NCBI GenBank assembly: GCA_963749495.1
Contig: CAVVMW010000001.1
Location: forward strand, 480,001-544,000
DNA from: an uncultured bacterium
GTDB lineage: Bacteria > Verrucomicrobiota > Verrucomicrobiia > Limisphaerales > UBA8199
DNA length: 64,000 bases
Reading direction: 5' to 3'
Under the pieces are notes generated by a model. That model was not told where the DNA came from and did not search any database. It saw nothing but the letters and a program-made list of their open reading frames with translations. Position numbers and translations under genes: made by a program. Shown here in pieces: positions 28,899 to 39,328 of this stretch (position 1 is its first letter; every line of letters starts with the position of its first letter).

Positions 28899-29048
28899 GA
28901 CCCCTCACCCCAACCCTCTCCCCTTCCGAAGGGGAGAGGGAGAAGGGTCGGCAATCCCTTGAACTTCCAGCCGCCTCCGTTTCCTGAGACCGCTACCGAC
29001 AATTCTCCCTCTCCCCTTCGGAAGGGGAGAGGGCCGGGGTGAGGGGTC
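28899..29048. repeat. REP doublet, family A
   Basis: Same arms as 2940-3089. Confidence 0.85.
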
Positions 29049-29086
29049 GGTCCGGGGCATGCGAACCGCGCTCCGCCCTCTGCTGT

Positions 29087-29467
29087 TTATTGAGCGGGCG
29101 GTTGGCTGGCGGCTTGCTTTTCCTTGTTTGCGGCCGCCTGTTTGACCTGCTCGAGGACGTCGCTAACGATCTTCTTCTGGGCGTCGTTGAGGCTGGGGTC
29201 GTCCTTGAGCTTGTCCAGGGCCACCAAGGCATCGACGTAATTTTGGTAACGGATGCCGAAACGGATCTTGGCCAGGACGTTGTTGAGGTTCTGTCCGGAT
29301 GGGGTTTGCCCAACATTGCCAAGGGCCGCCTGGAGCTTTGGCAGGTCGATCTGCACCCCGCCATAGAGCGGGGCCTTTGGCTTTGCCTCCTCTTTCTTGC
29401 ACCCGGCCCCCGCCAGGGCGACCAGGCCGGCCAGTGCGATTCCAAGTAACCACGTGGTTGTTTTCAT
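29087..29467 (-). CDS. Hypothetical lipoprotein
   Basis: MKTTTWLLGIALAGLVALAGAGC signal/lipobox, helical Lys-rich body. Confidence 0.75.
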   Translation of the reverse strand: MKTTTWLLGIALAGLVALAGAGCKKEEAKPKAPLYGGVQIDLPKLQAALGNVGQTPSGQNLNNVLAKIRFGIRYQNYVDALVALDKLKDDPSLNDAQKKIVSDVLEQVKQAAANKEKQAASQPPAQ

Positions 29468-29548
29468 GCTGTTAGGTTAATCAGGTTGGCATTCTAAACA
29501 AGATCTATCGCCAACGCCCCGAGGGCGCCACGCGACACTACTGCCCCC

Positions 29549-29642
29549 GGCGCGCGGGCTTTAGCCCGCTTTGCGCGCACGCGATCCTTTTGGCGCGCCG
29601 ATTGAACATTGGCCGCCCAAAGCGGGCTAAAGCCCGCGCTCC
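29549..29642. repeat. Palindromic REP-like element (GG.GCGCGGGCTTTAGCCCGCTTTG...CAAAGCGGGCTAAAGCCCGCGCTCC)
   Basis: Inverted hairpin pair. Confidence 0.8.
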
Positions 29643-29706
29643 GACCCGAGGCGGGACAGGGACGCCAGGAGCAAAGTCCGTGACTGTCCGCGCCGCCGCG
29701 TGCCGT

Positions 29707-30696
29707 TCAAGGAACCGCGCCGGTCCTGAGGTTCTTCGTCGCGTGCGAGGCCACAAAATACCAATCGGCGTACTCGAGCCCCGGTTTGGCGGCCTTATTG
29801 TAGGCGCCACCGTTGAGCTTGTAAAAATAGCTCCTCCATTGATGGACCTCGGAGTGACCGTCGCAGAAGGAGAAGCCGCAGCCGTTGGCGTGGAAGGAGG
29901 CCGGGAAATCCACGGCGTTGGGTTCGGAGGCGATGACGGCCAGGGCGGCGTCATTGATGCTCCAGGGGTCCTCGTCCACAGTCGCAAAGACCAGGGCAGA
30001 ACTGCAGAAACCGAAGTCGGAGAATTTGCCGAACGTGGCGTAGGTCTCGCCCGCCACGTGGCTGCCCCCGTTGAGCCAGGGGCCATTAACCGGGACCGAG
30101 GGTTTGCCCGCATGGCCCGCATGCTTGGCGTAAGCCGGGCAGACGCACCCGACACCCTGATTCATCGAGATGCTGCGCGTGACCGGGATGATTGTGCCCA
30201 CCCGGGTGGGATCCTTGCCGGTGTATTTGCCATAGCGCGGGTCGGCGGGGCATTTGAAGATCTTGATATTGTTCCCGATATAGTTGACGACGAGGCACAT
30301 GTTAGGGTCGAGCAGGTGGTCGGGGTCGCAGGCGTCGTTGTTGGGCTGAGTGCCTGGAGGCATGCCTCCGCCACAGTCGCCCGCGGCCCAGTGGTGGCCG
30401 ACCGGCGTGTCGCCGCCGTCATCGGGATTGGGCGGGAGGAGGTCGGTGTTGTCGTTGCCGTACATGTGGATGGCCTTTATGAGTTGGTTCTCATTATTCA
30501 TGCACTGCACCCGCACCGCCTTGAGCTTGGCCTTGGCCAGCGCCGGCAGCAGCATCGACGCCAGGATGGCGATGATGGCGATAACCACCAGCAGTTCGAT
30601 CAGGGTAAAGCCGGCACGCTTGCCCGAGCCGGAGGAGGCCCGGCCAGCCCCTCTCCCGCATAAACGATCCAATATTGTCTTCATACTAGTTAACAT
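29707..30696 (-). CDS. Prepilin-type N-methylation / H-X9-DG domain protein
   Basis: [47 protein letters not shown]. Confidence 0.92.
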   Translation of the reverse strand: MLTSMKTILDRLCGRGAGRASSGSGKRAGFTLIELLVVIAIIAILASMLLPALAKAKLKAVRVQCMNNENQLIKAIHMYGNDNTDLLPPNPDDGGDTPVGHHWAAGDCGGGMPPGTQPNNDACDPDHLLDPNMCLVVNYIGNNIKIFKCPADPRYGKYTGKDPTRVGTIIPVTRSISMNQGVGCVCPAYAKHAGHAGKPSVPVNGPWLNGGSHVAGETYATFGKFSDFGFCSSALVFATVDEDPWSINDAALAVIASEPNAVDFPASFHANGCGFSFCDGHSEVHQWRSYFYKLNGGAYNKAAKPGLEYADWYFVASHATKNLRTGAVP

Positions 30697-30979
30697 GAAC
30701 AGCACTTCTGCGATCAGCCTACGCCTGTTGCCCAACCAGGAATCATGCAGTAAATTTACGATGTCTGGCCCTTCGAGTAAAGACAAATCGCACGTCAGGT
30801 GCAAGACACTTTTTCGCCCTTTTTCGCGCGCAATTCCTGCGCGTCAGGGCAACCCCGGTGAGCAAGTTCTGCGCAGCGGGCCGGTGGCCCGCTGCGTGCA
30901 AAGCTGCTATCGCCGCGTGGTCGGACCGGTCAGACTGGTCGGACCGGTCGGACTGAGGTGCGCAGGCCCAATGACCCTT

Positions 30980-31070
30980 ATGAGGCAGGCCGTTGGCCTG
31001 CCACAGGATTAAACTGCACGGAAACCCAGGGCGTTGCCCTGGGCTGGTATGAGCCAGGCCTTTGGCCTGA
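30980..31070. repeat. REP-like half element (CAGGCCGTTGGCCTG, CCCAGGGCGTTGCCCTGGG hairpins)
   Basis: Three short hairpins in the architecture of the other long REP families. Confidence 0.65.
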
Positions 31071-31109
31071 AGGCAACGGCTTGGCGGGCAGGCGCCTGGC
31101 CGGACCGGG

Positions 31110-31125
31110 TTGGCACGGTTTCTGC
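31110..31125 (+). promoter_or_regulatory. Putative sigma54 (-24/-12) promoter
   Basis: TTGGCACGGTTTCTGC matches TGGCAC-N5-(T/C)TGC with GG-N10-GC spacing, ~95 bp upstream of a start with AGGAGA RBS. Confidence 0.7.
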
Positions 31126-31219
31126 GTGGAGTCCGAACGCAGTGTCCCGGCCGCGGCAGCGCGGGCGGAGTCGGCTAACGTACGAACAACCAATCAAACG
31201 CAGCAGGAGACGATATAAG

Positions 31220-31807
31220 ATGAGAACGCAGAACTGGCTGGTCGCGGCGGGAGTAGCCGCCGCGGTGTGTCTGGCCGCCGGCGACGGCATGGCTCAACAG
31301 AACTTTGGGGGCGGTGGCGGGGGCGGGCGGGGGCGCCGTGGGAATTTCGACCCCGCCCAGATGATGCAGCAGCGGCTGGAGGGCTATAAGGAGGCCCTGG
31401 AGGTCAACAACGATGACGAATGGAAGGTGCTGCAGCCGCTGGTCCAGAAGGTGATGGAGGCCCAGATGCAGGCCATGGCCGGCATGGGGCGAGGCATGTT
31501 CGGGCCGCGGCGCGGTGGCCCGGGCGGTGGCGGCCCCGGCGGCGGCGGCGGGTTTGGTGGTGGTGGCGGCGGCGGCGGGATGCAGCGCGGCCCCTTCGGC
31601 CAGCCCGACCCCGAAGCCGATGCGCTCCAGAAAGTCATCGATGCCAAGGCCCCCGCGGCGGACGTCAAAGCGGCGCTTGCCAAGTATGTTGCCTCCCGCA
31701 AGGCCAGGCAGGAGCAACTCCGGGCCGCCCAGGAGCAACTGCGCAAGCTGCTCACGGCGCGCCAGGAAGCCATCGCGACCATGAATGGGCTGATCACGCC
31801 GTTCTAA
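31220..31807 (+). CDS. Secreted Gly-rich helical protein with LTxxQ motif (Spy/CpxP/ZraP-like by inference)
   Basis: Signal peptide ending GMA-QQ, Gly/Met/Arg-rich linkers, C-terminal LLTARQ. Confidence 0.7.
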   Translation: MRTQNWLVAAGVAAAVCLAAGDGMAQQNFGGGGGGGRGRRGNFDPAQMMQQRLEGYKEALEVNNDDEWKVLQPLVQKVMEAQMQAMAGMGRGMFGPRRGGPGGGGPGGGGGFGGGGGGGGMQRGPFGQPDPEADALQKVIDAKAPAADVKAALAKYVASRKARQEQLRAAQEQLRKLLTARQEAIATMNGLITPF

Positions 31808-31810
31808 ACC

Positions 31811-31852
31811 GACCCCTCACCCCGGCCCTCTCCCCATCGGATGGGGAGAGGG
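31811..31852. repeat. Single REP family A hairpin
   Basis: CCCTCTCCCCATCGGATGGGGAGAGGG. Confidence 0.8.
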
Positions 31853-31915
31853 AGATTCTCCGCGCAGTTAATCTCATCTTAAGGTGAAATGCAATAACAT
31901 GGATTCCTATGACAT

Positions 31916-31976
31916 GGGGTCACATCTCAACATTTGACATTTCTCGGAGAAATGTCAAATGTTGAGATGTGACCCC
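31916..31976. repeat. Near-perfect 61-bp palindrome with GGGGTCACATCT...AGATGTGACCCC ends
   Basis: GGGGTCACATCTCAACATTTGACATTTCTC-G-GAGAAATGTCAAATGTTGAGATGTGACCCC; first 12 nt identical to the mini element left IR. Confidence 0.85.
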
Positions 31977-31991
31977 TCCCCCAAAGATATT

Positions 31992-33773
31992 ATGAGCGAA
32001 AACGTTGCCCCGGACGCCAGCCAGTTGCTCGACAAGATGGTCTCAGCCAAACAATTGTCGGCGACCGACGCCAAGGTCCTGGGCCGCCAGGCCCAAAGCG
32101 GGACGGTGCAACCGCTCCACGAAGAGGCGGTGCTGCGGTGGTTGGCCCGCGAATACGACCTGGCCTTCACGACGCTGGAGGACATCGAACCAGACCGCCA
32201 GCTTCTCTCGCTGTTCCCCGCCCGCATCCTGCTCAAGGAGGAGTTGCTGCCCCTGCGGCGGCTCAACGGCATCGTCGAGGTGGCCACCAGCCGCCTCTTC
32301 GCCACCCAGGGCCTGGATTCGCTCAAGAGCATGACCGGCCTCAACCTCAAGCCGGTCCTGGCCACGGGCGAGGCCATCCAGCGGGAGATGAAAAAGCGCC
32401 TGGGGGTGGGCGCCGACACCATCGGCACGCTGGGAGAAGACGGCGCCTTCCAGGTGGTCGAGGAGGGGCCGGGAGAGGACACCGACCTGGATAGCGCGGC
32501 GGAGGACGCCTCGATCATCCGGTTCGTCAACCAGGTCCTGCGCGACGCCATCGAGTTGCGCTCCTCGGACATCCACCTGGAGCCCTTCGAGGACGAGTTC
32601 CGCATCCGCTACCGCATTGACGGTGTGCTCCAGGAGGTGCCCGTGCCGGCTACGCTCAAGCGCTTCCAGCCCGCCATCGTCTCGCGCGTGAAGATCCTGA
32701 GCCACCTCAACATCGCCGAGAAGCGCCTCCCGCAGGATGGCCGCATCAAGATCCGCATCGAAGACGCCGAGGTGGACATCCGCGTCTCGGTCATCCCCAT
32801 GCTCCACGGCGAGGCGGTCGTGCTGCGCCTGCTGCGCCAGAACGCCGCCCTGCGCGGCATGGGCGAACTGGACATGGCGGAGCGCGAACTGCACTGCTTC
32901 CGCCGCGTCCTCCAGTTGCCCCACGGCATCATCCTGGTCACCGGCCCGACCGGCAGCGGCAAGACCTCCACCCTCTACACCGCCCTCAACGAAATCAACG
33001 ATGCCGACCGCAAGATCATCACCATCGAGGACCCGGTCGAATACCAACTCAAAGGGGTCAACCAAATCCAGGTCTCGGAAAAGGCCGGCCTGACCTTTGC
33101 GCGCGGGCTGCGCTCGATCCTGCGCCACGACCCGGACGTGATTCTCATCGGCGAAATTCGCGACGAGGAGACCGCCCAGATTGCCGTGCAGGCCTCGCTC
33201 ACCGGCCACCTGGTCTTCTCGACCCTCCACACCAATGACGCCCCCGGCGCCCTGACCCGGCTGGTGGACATGGGGGTCGAGCCTTACCTGGTGGCCTCCT
33301 CGCTGGAGGCGGTGCTGGCCCAGCGCCTGGTCCGCGTGCTCTGCGGCCGCTGCAAACAACTGGACGATTCCCCCGCCACGCTCTCCTTCAAACAGACCGT
33401 CGGCATCCCCGCCCAGACCCCCATTTACCGCTCCGTCGGCTGCGAGGAATGCCGCCACACCGGCTTCTACGGGCGCCATGCCATCTTCGAATGGATGAAC
33501 GTCGACGCCGAGACCCGGCAGTTGATCCTCAAGAACGTCTCGAGCGACGTGCTCCTGGAGGCGGCGCGGCGCGCCGGGATGAGCACCCTGGCCCAAGACG
33601 GCTGGCGGCTGGTCCGCCAGGGCATCACGACCGTTGCGGAAGTCCTCAGTGTCACCACCGCCAAGGAGGTCGAACTGACCACGCACAAGCCCGCCCCGCC
33701 CGAGGGCCAGCCCCGCGAGGCCCACCTCTCCCCCGTCATGGCCCCCGGCCGGCACGCGGAGGCGGCAAAATGA
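31992..33773 (+). CDS. gspE: Type II secretion/pilus assembly ATPase
   Basis: SDIHLEP, RLPQDGR, Walker A GPTGSGKTSTL, EDPVEY, LRHDPDVILIGEIRD, STLHTND, two CxxC. Confidence 0.95.
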   Translation: MSENVAPDASQLLDKMVSAKQLSATDAKVLGRQAQSGTVQPLHEEAVLRWLAREYDLAFTTLEDIEPDRQLLSLFPARILLKEELLPLRRLNGIVEVATSRLFATQGLDSLKSMTGLNLKPVLATGEAIQREMKKRLGVGADTIGTLGEDGAFQVVEEGPGEDTDLDSAAEDASIIRFVNQVLRDAIELRSSDIHLEPFEDEFRIRYRIDGVLQEVPVPATLKRFQPAIVSRVKILSHLNIAEKRLPQDGRIKIRIEDAEVDIRVSVIPMLHGEAVVLRLLRQNAALRGMGELDMAERELHCFRRVLQLPHGIILVTGPTGSGKTSTLYTALNEINDADRKIITIEDPVEYQLKGVNQIQVSEKAGLTFARGLRSILRHDPDVILIGEIRDEETAQIAVQASLTGHLVFSTLHTNDAPGALTRLVDMGVEPYLVASSLEAVLAQRLVRVLCGRCKQLDDSPATLSFKQTVGIPAQTPIYRSVGCEECRHTGFYGRHAIFEWMNVDAETRQLILKNVSSDVLLEAARRAGMSTLAQDGWRLVRQGITTVAEVLSVTTAKEVELTTHKPAPPEGQPREAHLSPVMAPGRHAEAAK

Positions 33774-33801
33774 GGCACTTTAGCCTTTAGCCTTTTCGAC
33801 C

Positions 33802-35048
33802 ATGCCCTTTTTTGAATACAAGGCCTTGCAGGCCGATGGCGCGGTGGCGGAAGGCCGTCTTGAAGCGGCCGGCCGCCAGGAGGCCTTTGCACAAATGTCC
33901 CACCTGGGTCTGAGGCCGGTGAGCCTGTCCGAGGAGGCTGGGGCGGAGTCGCGGAAGAGTGCGGGGCTGCCCGGCTCGGCCAAGTCGCTAACGCTCTTTC
34001 AGCGTTCGCCTCGGGTCTCCGGGCGGGCGCTGGAGAATTTCACGCGGTTGCTCTCGAGCCTGCTGGCGGCGGGAGTGCCGTTGAGCCGGGCGCTGGTGAT
34101 TCTGTACAAGAGGCCTCGACGCCCGCCGCCGCGGCCAAGTGGAAGGAGATCCATGACCTGGTCATCGATGGCATGTCTTTGGCCGACGCGATGGGGAAGT
34201 CGCCGGAGACGTTTCCGCGCGTCTATACGGCGATGGTGCAGGCCGGGGAGACCGGCGGGTTCCTGGACGTGGTGCTGGCGCAGATAGCCGATTTTCAATC
34301 GCGGGAGAAGGACCTGCGGGCGAAGGTGGTGGCGGCGATGCTTTATCCCTGCGTGCTGCTGGTGCTGGCGATCGGGGTGCTGATCTTCCTGCTGACCTTT
34401 TTCATTCCCCGGTTCCAGACGATCTTCACGGGGCTGGGGGCGGCGCTGCCGCTGCCGACGCAGATCATCCTGGGCATCAGCCACCTGCTGCTGCACTACG
34501 GGTTGTACATGGCGGCGGGCGGCTGCCTGGCGGGATTCCTGGTGCGCAATTGGTTCGCCTCGGAGAAGGGCAAGCGGTTGTGGGAGGGCCTGATCCTGCG
34601 CGCCCCGCTGGTGGGCCCGCTGGTGGCCCAGTTCGCCATGGCGCGGTTCTGCCGGATGCTGGGCACGCTGCTGGGCGCCGGGGTGCCGCTGGTCCAGGCC
34701 CTGAACGTCGCCCGCAAGTCCATCGGCAACCAGATCCTGGTGGACGCGGTCTCGGCCTCGATCGAGCGCGTGCAGCAGGGCGGCCAACTCGGCGTGAGCC
34801 TGGCCGACTGCAAGGGCCTGTTCCCCAGTTCGGTCCTGGAGATGATCGCCATCGCCGAAGAGAGCGGACGGCTCGACCAGGAGTTGGTCCGCATCGCCAA
34901 CGTGACCGAGGGCGACCTGGACCGCCACTTGAAGACCGCCGTCGCTTTTGCCGAGCCGCTCATGCTCTTCTTCATCGCCGCCTTCATCGGAACCATCTTC
35001 ATCAGCATGGTGCTGCCGATCTTCACGATGCAGGACAAAATCAAATAA
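33802..35048 (+). CDS. gspF: Type II secretion inner membrane platform protein; frameshift near 34110
   Basis: FTRLLSSLLAAGVPL, AGETGGFLD.VL, MLYP, AEESGRLD, EPLM, MVLPIF. Confidence 0.9.
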
Positions 35049-35096
35049 ACGCCGATTCACATACTTGCTTAACAACTCCCAAACCCATCACTCATT

Positions 35097-35537
35097 ATGA
35101 AAATCACAATGCCGCACGGCGGGACCCGCACAGCGCGCCGGGGGTTTACCCTGGTGGAGATGCTCCTGGTCCTGGTCATCCTAGCCACGCTGGCTGCCAT
35201 CGTGTACCCCAAAGTCATGGGCCGCAGCAAAGAGGCCAGGATCACCGCCGCCCAGACCCAGATCGCCAACTTCAAGACCGCCCTGAACTTGTTCGAGGTG
35301 GATACGGGCGACTATCCCCGCGGCCGCAACGGCCTGATGGATCTCATCCAAATGCCCCGCAACGTCACCGGTTGGCACGGGCCCTACCTGGACATGATTC
35401 CCAGGGACCCCTGGGGCCAGGACTACATCTATGAATGCCCCGGCAAGCACAACCCCACCTCCTACGACATCAGCTCCGCCGGCCCGCCCGGAGAACAGTT
35501 CCCCATCGGCAACTGGGCGATGGATAACAGCCGGTGA
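35097..35537 (+). CDS. gspG: Major pseudopilin
   Basis: RRGFTLVEMLLVLVIL, WHGPYL, PRDPWG..YIY..PG. Confidence 0.95.
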   Translation: MKITMPHGGTRTARRGFTLVEMLLVLVILATLAAIVYPKVMGRSKEARITAAQTQIANFKTALNLFEVDTGDYPRGRNGLMDLIQMPRNVTGWHGPYLDMIPRDPWGQDYIYECPGKHNPTSYDISSAGPPGEQFPIGNWAMDNSR

Positions 35538-35602
35538 ACCCTGCGTGACTCTCATGGCCCCTTGAGAACGTTTCGGACATCGAGTTGGCTCGGGACCGTT
35601 TG

Positions 35603-35855
35603 GCACCGCGTAGCGGTGCTTGATGGTAGCCGTGGACTTTCAGTCCACGGTCCACAGGCCAAGCATCCATTGCGTTCGCGTAGCGACGCCTGAAGACCGG
35701 GCCGAGCCGCCAGGCGCATTGGATGTTCGCTCGGCCCGACCCGGGTTTCAGGCGCCGGAAGCTATTCAGGCGTCGCTACGCAACGCGCCACGCTTTGGGC
35801 GCTCGAACCGTGGACTGAAGGTCCACGGCTACCTTCATGGCGTCGCTACGCGACG
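35603..35855. repeat. Long palindromic REP, family E (GTAGCCGTGGACTTTCAGTCCACGG...CCGTGGACTGAAGGTCCACGGCTAC), forming the GspH leader
   Basis: Nested inverted repeats; second copy at 41405-41615. Confidence 0.85.
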
Positions 35856-36408
35856 GTTTCCCCGCGCCTTCACGTTGATTGAGCTCATCCTGGTGATGGC
35901 CATTCTGACCATCGCCGTCTCGGTGAGCGCCCCGACCCTGACGAGGTTTTTCCGCGGGCGCATCCTCAACTCGGAAGCGCGCCGCATGCTGGCCCTGACG
36001 CGCAATGGCCAGAGCCGGGCCGTTTCCGAGGGGCTGCCCATGGACTTGTGGGTCAATGCCGAGGCGGGCCGGTTCGGCCTGGAGGCCGAGCCCAGTTACG
36101 ACAATGCGGACCCCAAGAAGGTGGAGTACACGCTCGACACGGGGCTCCAACTCAAGGTCGAGAAACAAGCCGCACCCCTCGCCGCCAACACGCTATACAG
36201 TTCGAGCCACACGCCCAGCATTGCCAGCGTGCCCCGCATCATGCTGGCCCAGCCGCACCTGCCGACCATCCGGTTCCTGCCCGACGGCTCGCTCGGCCCC
36301 GACAGCCCCCAATCTCTCTGCCTGATCGCCCGCGACGGTTCCGCCCTCTGGCTCAAGCAGTCCCGCAACCGGCTCAGTTATGAAATCAAGAGCGATCCCG
36401 AAGACTAG
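35623..36408 (+). CDS. gspH: Minor pseudopilin GspH/FimT-like; start uncertain and lies within the REP
   Basis: RAFTLIELILVM, ARRMLAL.R.GQSRAVSEG, IRFLPDG. Confidence 0.75.
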   Translation: MVAVDFQSTVHRPSIHCVRVATPEDRAEPPGALDVRSARPGFQAPEAIQASLRNAPRFGRSNRGLKVHGYLHGVATRRFPRAFTLIELILVMAILTIAVSVSAPTLTRFFRGRILNSEARRMLALTRNGQSRAVSEGLPMDLWVNAEAGRFGLEAEPSYDNADPKKVEYTLDTGLQLKVEKQAAPLAANTLYSSSHTPSIASVPRIMLAQPHLPTIRFLPDGSLGPDSPQSLCLIARDGSALWLKQSRNRLSYEIKSDPED

Positions 36409-36877
36409 CGAGGCAGGGCCCCAGACGGTGGCTCGGGCATCCTGCCCAAGCCCCCACGGGCAGGATGCCCGTGCCACAAACTCTAGCCGCGGCGCGGGCT
36501 TCACGCTGGCCGAGGTGCTGGCGGCCTTGCTCCTGATGGCCATCGTCATCCCGGTCGCCACCGAGGGAATGCGCATCGCCAGCCTGGCCGGCTCGGTGGC
36601 CGCGCGCAAGGGCGAGGCCGCCCGCGTGGCCCAGCGCGTCCTCAACGACAACCTCGTCACCACCAACTGGATGCAGTCCTTTCAAAGCGGCTCCGCCCAG
36701 GAGGGCCAGCGCCAATTCCGCTGGACGCTCCGCGGCGAAAACTGGACCGAGGACCCCAACCAGAGCGCCATGCAACTGCTCTCGATCGAGGTCTTCTTTA
36801 CCGCCCAGAACCGCGAATTCTCCGTGCGCATGAGCACGCTGGTCGATACCACCACGCTCTTGGGCACCAACCAATGA
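36380..36877 (+). CDS. gspI: Minor pseudopilin GspI-like
   Basis: GAGFTLAEVLAALLLMAIVIP; position between H and J; leader contains hairpin 36428-36477. Confidence 0.75.
   Translation: MKSRAIPKTSEAGPQTVARASCPSPHGQDARATNSSRGAGFTLAEVLAALLLMAIVIPVATEGMRIASLAGSVAARKGEAARVAQRVLNDNLVTTNWMQSFQSGSAQEGQRQFRWTLRGENWTEDPNQSAMQLLSIEVFFTAQNREFSVRMSTLVDTTTLLGTNQ
36428..36477. repeat. REP hairpin (GTGGC.CGGGCATCCTGCCC...GGGCAGGATGCCCGTGCCAC) in the GspI leader
   Basis: Translates as VARASCPSPHGQDARAT just before the GF cleavage site. Confidence 0.8.
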
Positions 36878-37677
36878 AAACCCTGCCGCCTCGATGCTAC
36901 ACGAGCGGGTCAGACTCGTCGGACCTGTCAGACCGGTCGGACTGGTCGGACCGCTGCCCAGAGCCCTTCAAACGAGACGGCACGTCTCACGTTTCACGTT
37001 TCACGTTTCACGCCTCTTCCTTCACCCTCATCGAGGTGCTCCTGGCCCTTGCGATTTGCGCCATCGTGCTGGTGGCCATCAACGCGGTGTTTGCCACCGC
37101 CGTGCATTTGCGCGATCGCACAGCCGCCAACGTCAACCAGACCATCCCGGTCAACCAGGCGCTGGACATCGTGTCCCGCGACCTCAAGAGTGTGGCCGGG
37201 CCGCACGGCTTCCTGGCCGGGGACTTCAAATGCGATGCCCAAACCATGGGCCAGAACATGGGCCTGAGCGCCTCGGGCGGCAACGGCCTGGATTTCTTCA
37301 CCTCGACCGGCGTCATCAGCGAGTCGTCGCCCTTTGGCAACCTCCAGGAGGTTTATTACCAATTGATGCCGGCCGCCAAGGGCAACAGGGCCCTGGGCAT
37401 GGATTTCGTCCGTTGCGTCAACCGCAACCTCCTGGCCACCACCCTCCAGACCCCGGACATCCAGATCCTGCTCACGGACATCGAGAGCGCCGACTTCGAG
37501 TGCTACGACGGCTCTATGTGGCGCAACTGGGACACCAGTGTCACTGATACCAACCTGCCGACCGCCGTCCGCATCCGCCTCCAGCAGGCCGTGGACCCCA
37601 ACCTGAACAACGCCAGACCCCCGGCCTTGGAACTCATCGTGCCGCTGACCACCCAAACCCGGAGCACCAACTCGTGA
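36874..37677 (+). CDS. gspJ: Minor pseudopilin GspJ-like
   Basis: SFTLIEVLLAL, ALDIVSRDL, FECYDG..W..W, LPTAVRI; leader built of 9-mer and 7-mer microsatellites. Confidence 0.8.
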   Translation: MKTLPPRCYTSGSDSSDLSDRSDWSDRCPEPFKRDGTSHVSRFTFHASSFTLIEVLLALAICAIVLVAINAVFATAVHLRDRTAANVNQTIPVNQALDIVSRDLKSVAGPHGFLAGDFKCDAQTMGQNMGLSASGGNGLDFFTSTGVISESSPFGNLQEVYYQLMPAAKGNRALGMDFVRCVNRNLLATTLQTPDIQILLTDIESADFECYDGSMWRNWDTSVTDTNLPTAVRIRLQQAVDPNLNNARPPALELIVPLTTQTRSTNS

Positions 37678-39183
37678 CCCAAGATTGCTCCATTCAGAAA
37701 TCGTCGAGGCCCGCCCGCAGCGGCGCCCAGCGCGGGTCGGTCCTGGTCATCGTGCTTTGGATCACCTTCGGGCTGATCAGCCTGTCCCTCTATTTCGCCA
37801 ACTCGATGACCTTCGAGTTGCGCGCCTCCGACAACCGGGTGGCCGCCCAGGCCGCCGAGCAGGCCATCGAGGGCGCCGTCCGCTACATCAACTACCTCCT
37901 CACCACGCAGATAGCCAACGGCTCCAATGGGTGGATGCTCGACCCCGCCACGTATGCCAACCAGGCCGTGCCGATCGGCAGCGCCCGGGTCTGGCTCATC
38001 GGGCGCGACACCAACATCGTCACGTCCGGTCCGGGCCACCTCTGTTTCGGGCTGGTGGACGAGGCCTCCAAGCTCAACCTCAATTCCCTGCTCAACAAAG
38101 CCACCACCTTCAGCAACCAGTTGATATGGCTGCCCACCATGACCCTGGACCTGGCCCAAGCCATCCTCGACTGGCGCGACACCAACGGCACCGGCGCCAC
38201 CGTCACCTACTACTCCATGCAGCAGCCCCCGTACCTCTGCAAAGACGACCCCTTCGAGACCGTGGACGAACTGCGCATGGTCTATGGCGCCGACATGGAC
38301 GTGCTCATCGGCGAGGATGCCAATCGCAACGGCGTCCTGGACCCCAACGAGACCGACGCGAACCAGAACAACATGCTCGACCCCGGCGTGCTGGAGTACG
38401 TGACGGTCTATAGCCGTGAGCCCGTCAGCAGCAGCGCCGTTAACCTGAGCAATCTGGGCAGCGGCGCCCCCGGCTTGTACGGCCTCCTGCAGACCAATTT
38501 GCCCAGCGGCCGCGCCGATCAGATCTTCGCCAGGCTGGGCCTTTCCGCAGGCGGGGGTGCGGGCGGGCGGACCACCACCGGCGGGGCCGGCGGTCGTGGC
38601 GGGACAGGCGGTGCTGGCGGGGCCGGGGGTGCCGCTGGCGGCAGGATGGTTGCCGCCGCCGCCGCCACCGTCAGCTTCACCAGTCCCTTGCAGTTCTATG
38701 TCCGCAGCGGGATGAGCTTGACCGAGTTTGCCCTCATTGCCACCAATCTGAGCACCACCTCCAACAGCACCATCGATGGGCGCGTGAACGTGAATACCGC
38801 CAGCGCCGCCGGTACTCACCTGCCTGCTGGCCGGCGACTCCTCCGCCGCCCAGCAACTGATCGACTACCGCATGAGCAGCCCCGATAACCTGACCTCGGT
38901 CGCCTGGGTGGCCGATGCCCTGGGCCAGAACTCCCCGGATGCCTTGGCTGCCGTCCAGGCCGGCGACTTTCTCACCACCCAGAGCTACCAGTTCACTGCG
39001 GACGTCGCCGCCCTGGGCCCCTTCGGCCGCGGTTACAAACGCATCAAGTTCGTGTTCGACACCAGCACTGGCACCCCCCAGGTCATTTATCGCCAGGACC
39101 TCACCAACCTCGGTTGGGCCCTGGGCAAAGAGATTCGCCAGAATTACGTCCTGGCTCATAACGATAACCGGAACAGAAGATGA
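37674..39183 (+). CDS. gspK: Minor pseudopilin GspK-like; frameshift near 38812
   Basis: RGSVLVIVLW, DEASKLNLN, AILDWRD, FETVDELRMV.G, Ca-binding-like DANRNGVLD, GRVNVNTAS. Confidence 0.85.
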
Positions 39184-39226
39184 AGCGGCAATCCGCAAAT
39201 CCAATTCCAGACCTTTGTGGCTGCCG

Positions 39227-39313
39227 ACCTTTGTCGCAGCCTTTGTCGCGGCCTTTGTCGCATTGGCGGCTTTGCACAAAGGCCCCGACAAAGGCCCCGA
39301 CAAAGGTTGCGAC
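39227..39313. repeat. REP family C (tandem CCTTTGTCG 12-mers facing CGACAAAGG 12-mers)
   Basis: Copies at 45533-45608, 50993-51074, 57040-57128. Confidence 0.85.
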
Positions 39314-39328
39314 GGAGTTTTCCATGCT

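Noticed and set aside
29707..30696. H-X9-DG prepilin-like genes as structural parts of the adjacent gsp operon
   Set aside because: This one is divergently transcribed and the family is typically multicopy and dispersed in PVC bacteria; linkage here may be incidental.
31861..31890. dif/Xer site (CGCGCAGTTAA TCTCATC TTAAGGTGAAAT)
   Set aside because: Seven-base spacer and weak match to the XerD arm TTATGTTAAAT; cannot be supported from one copy.
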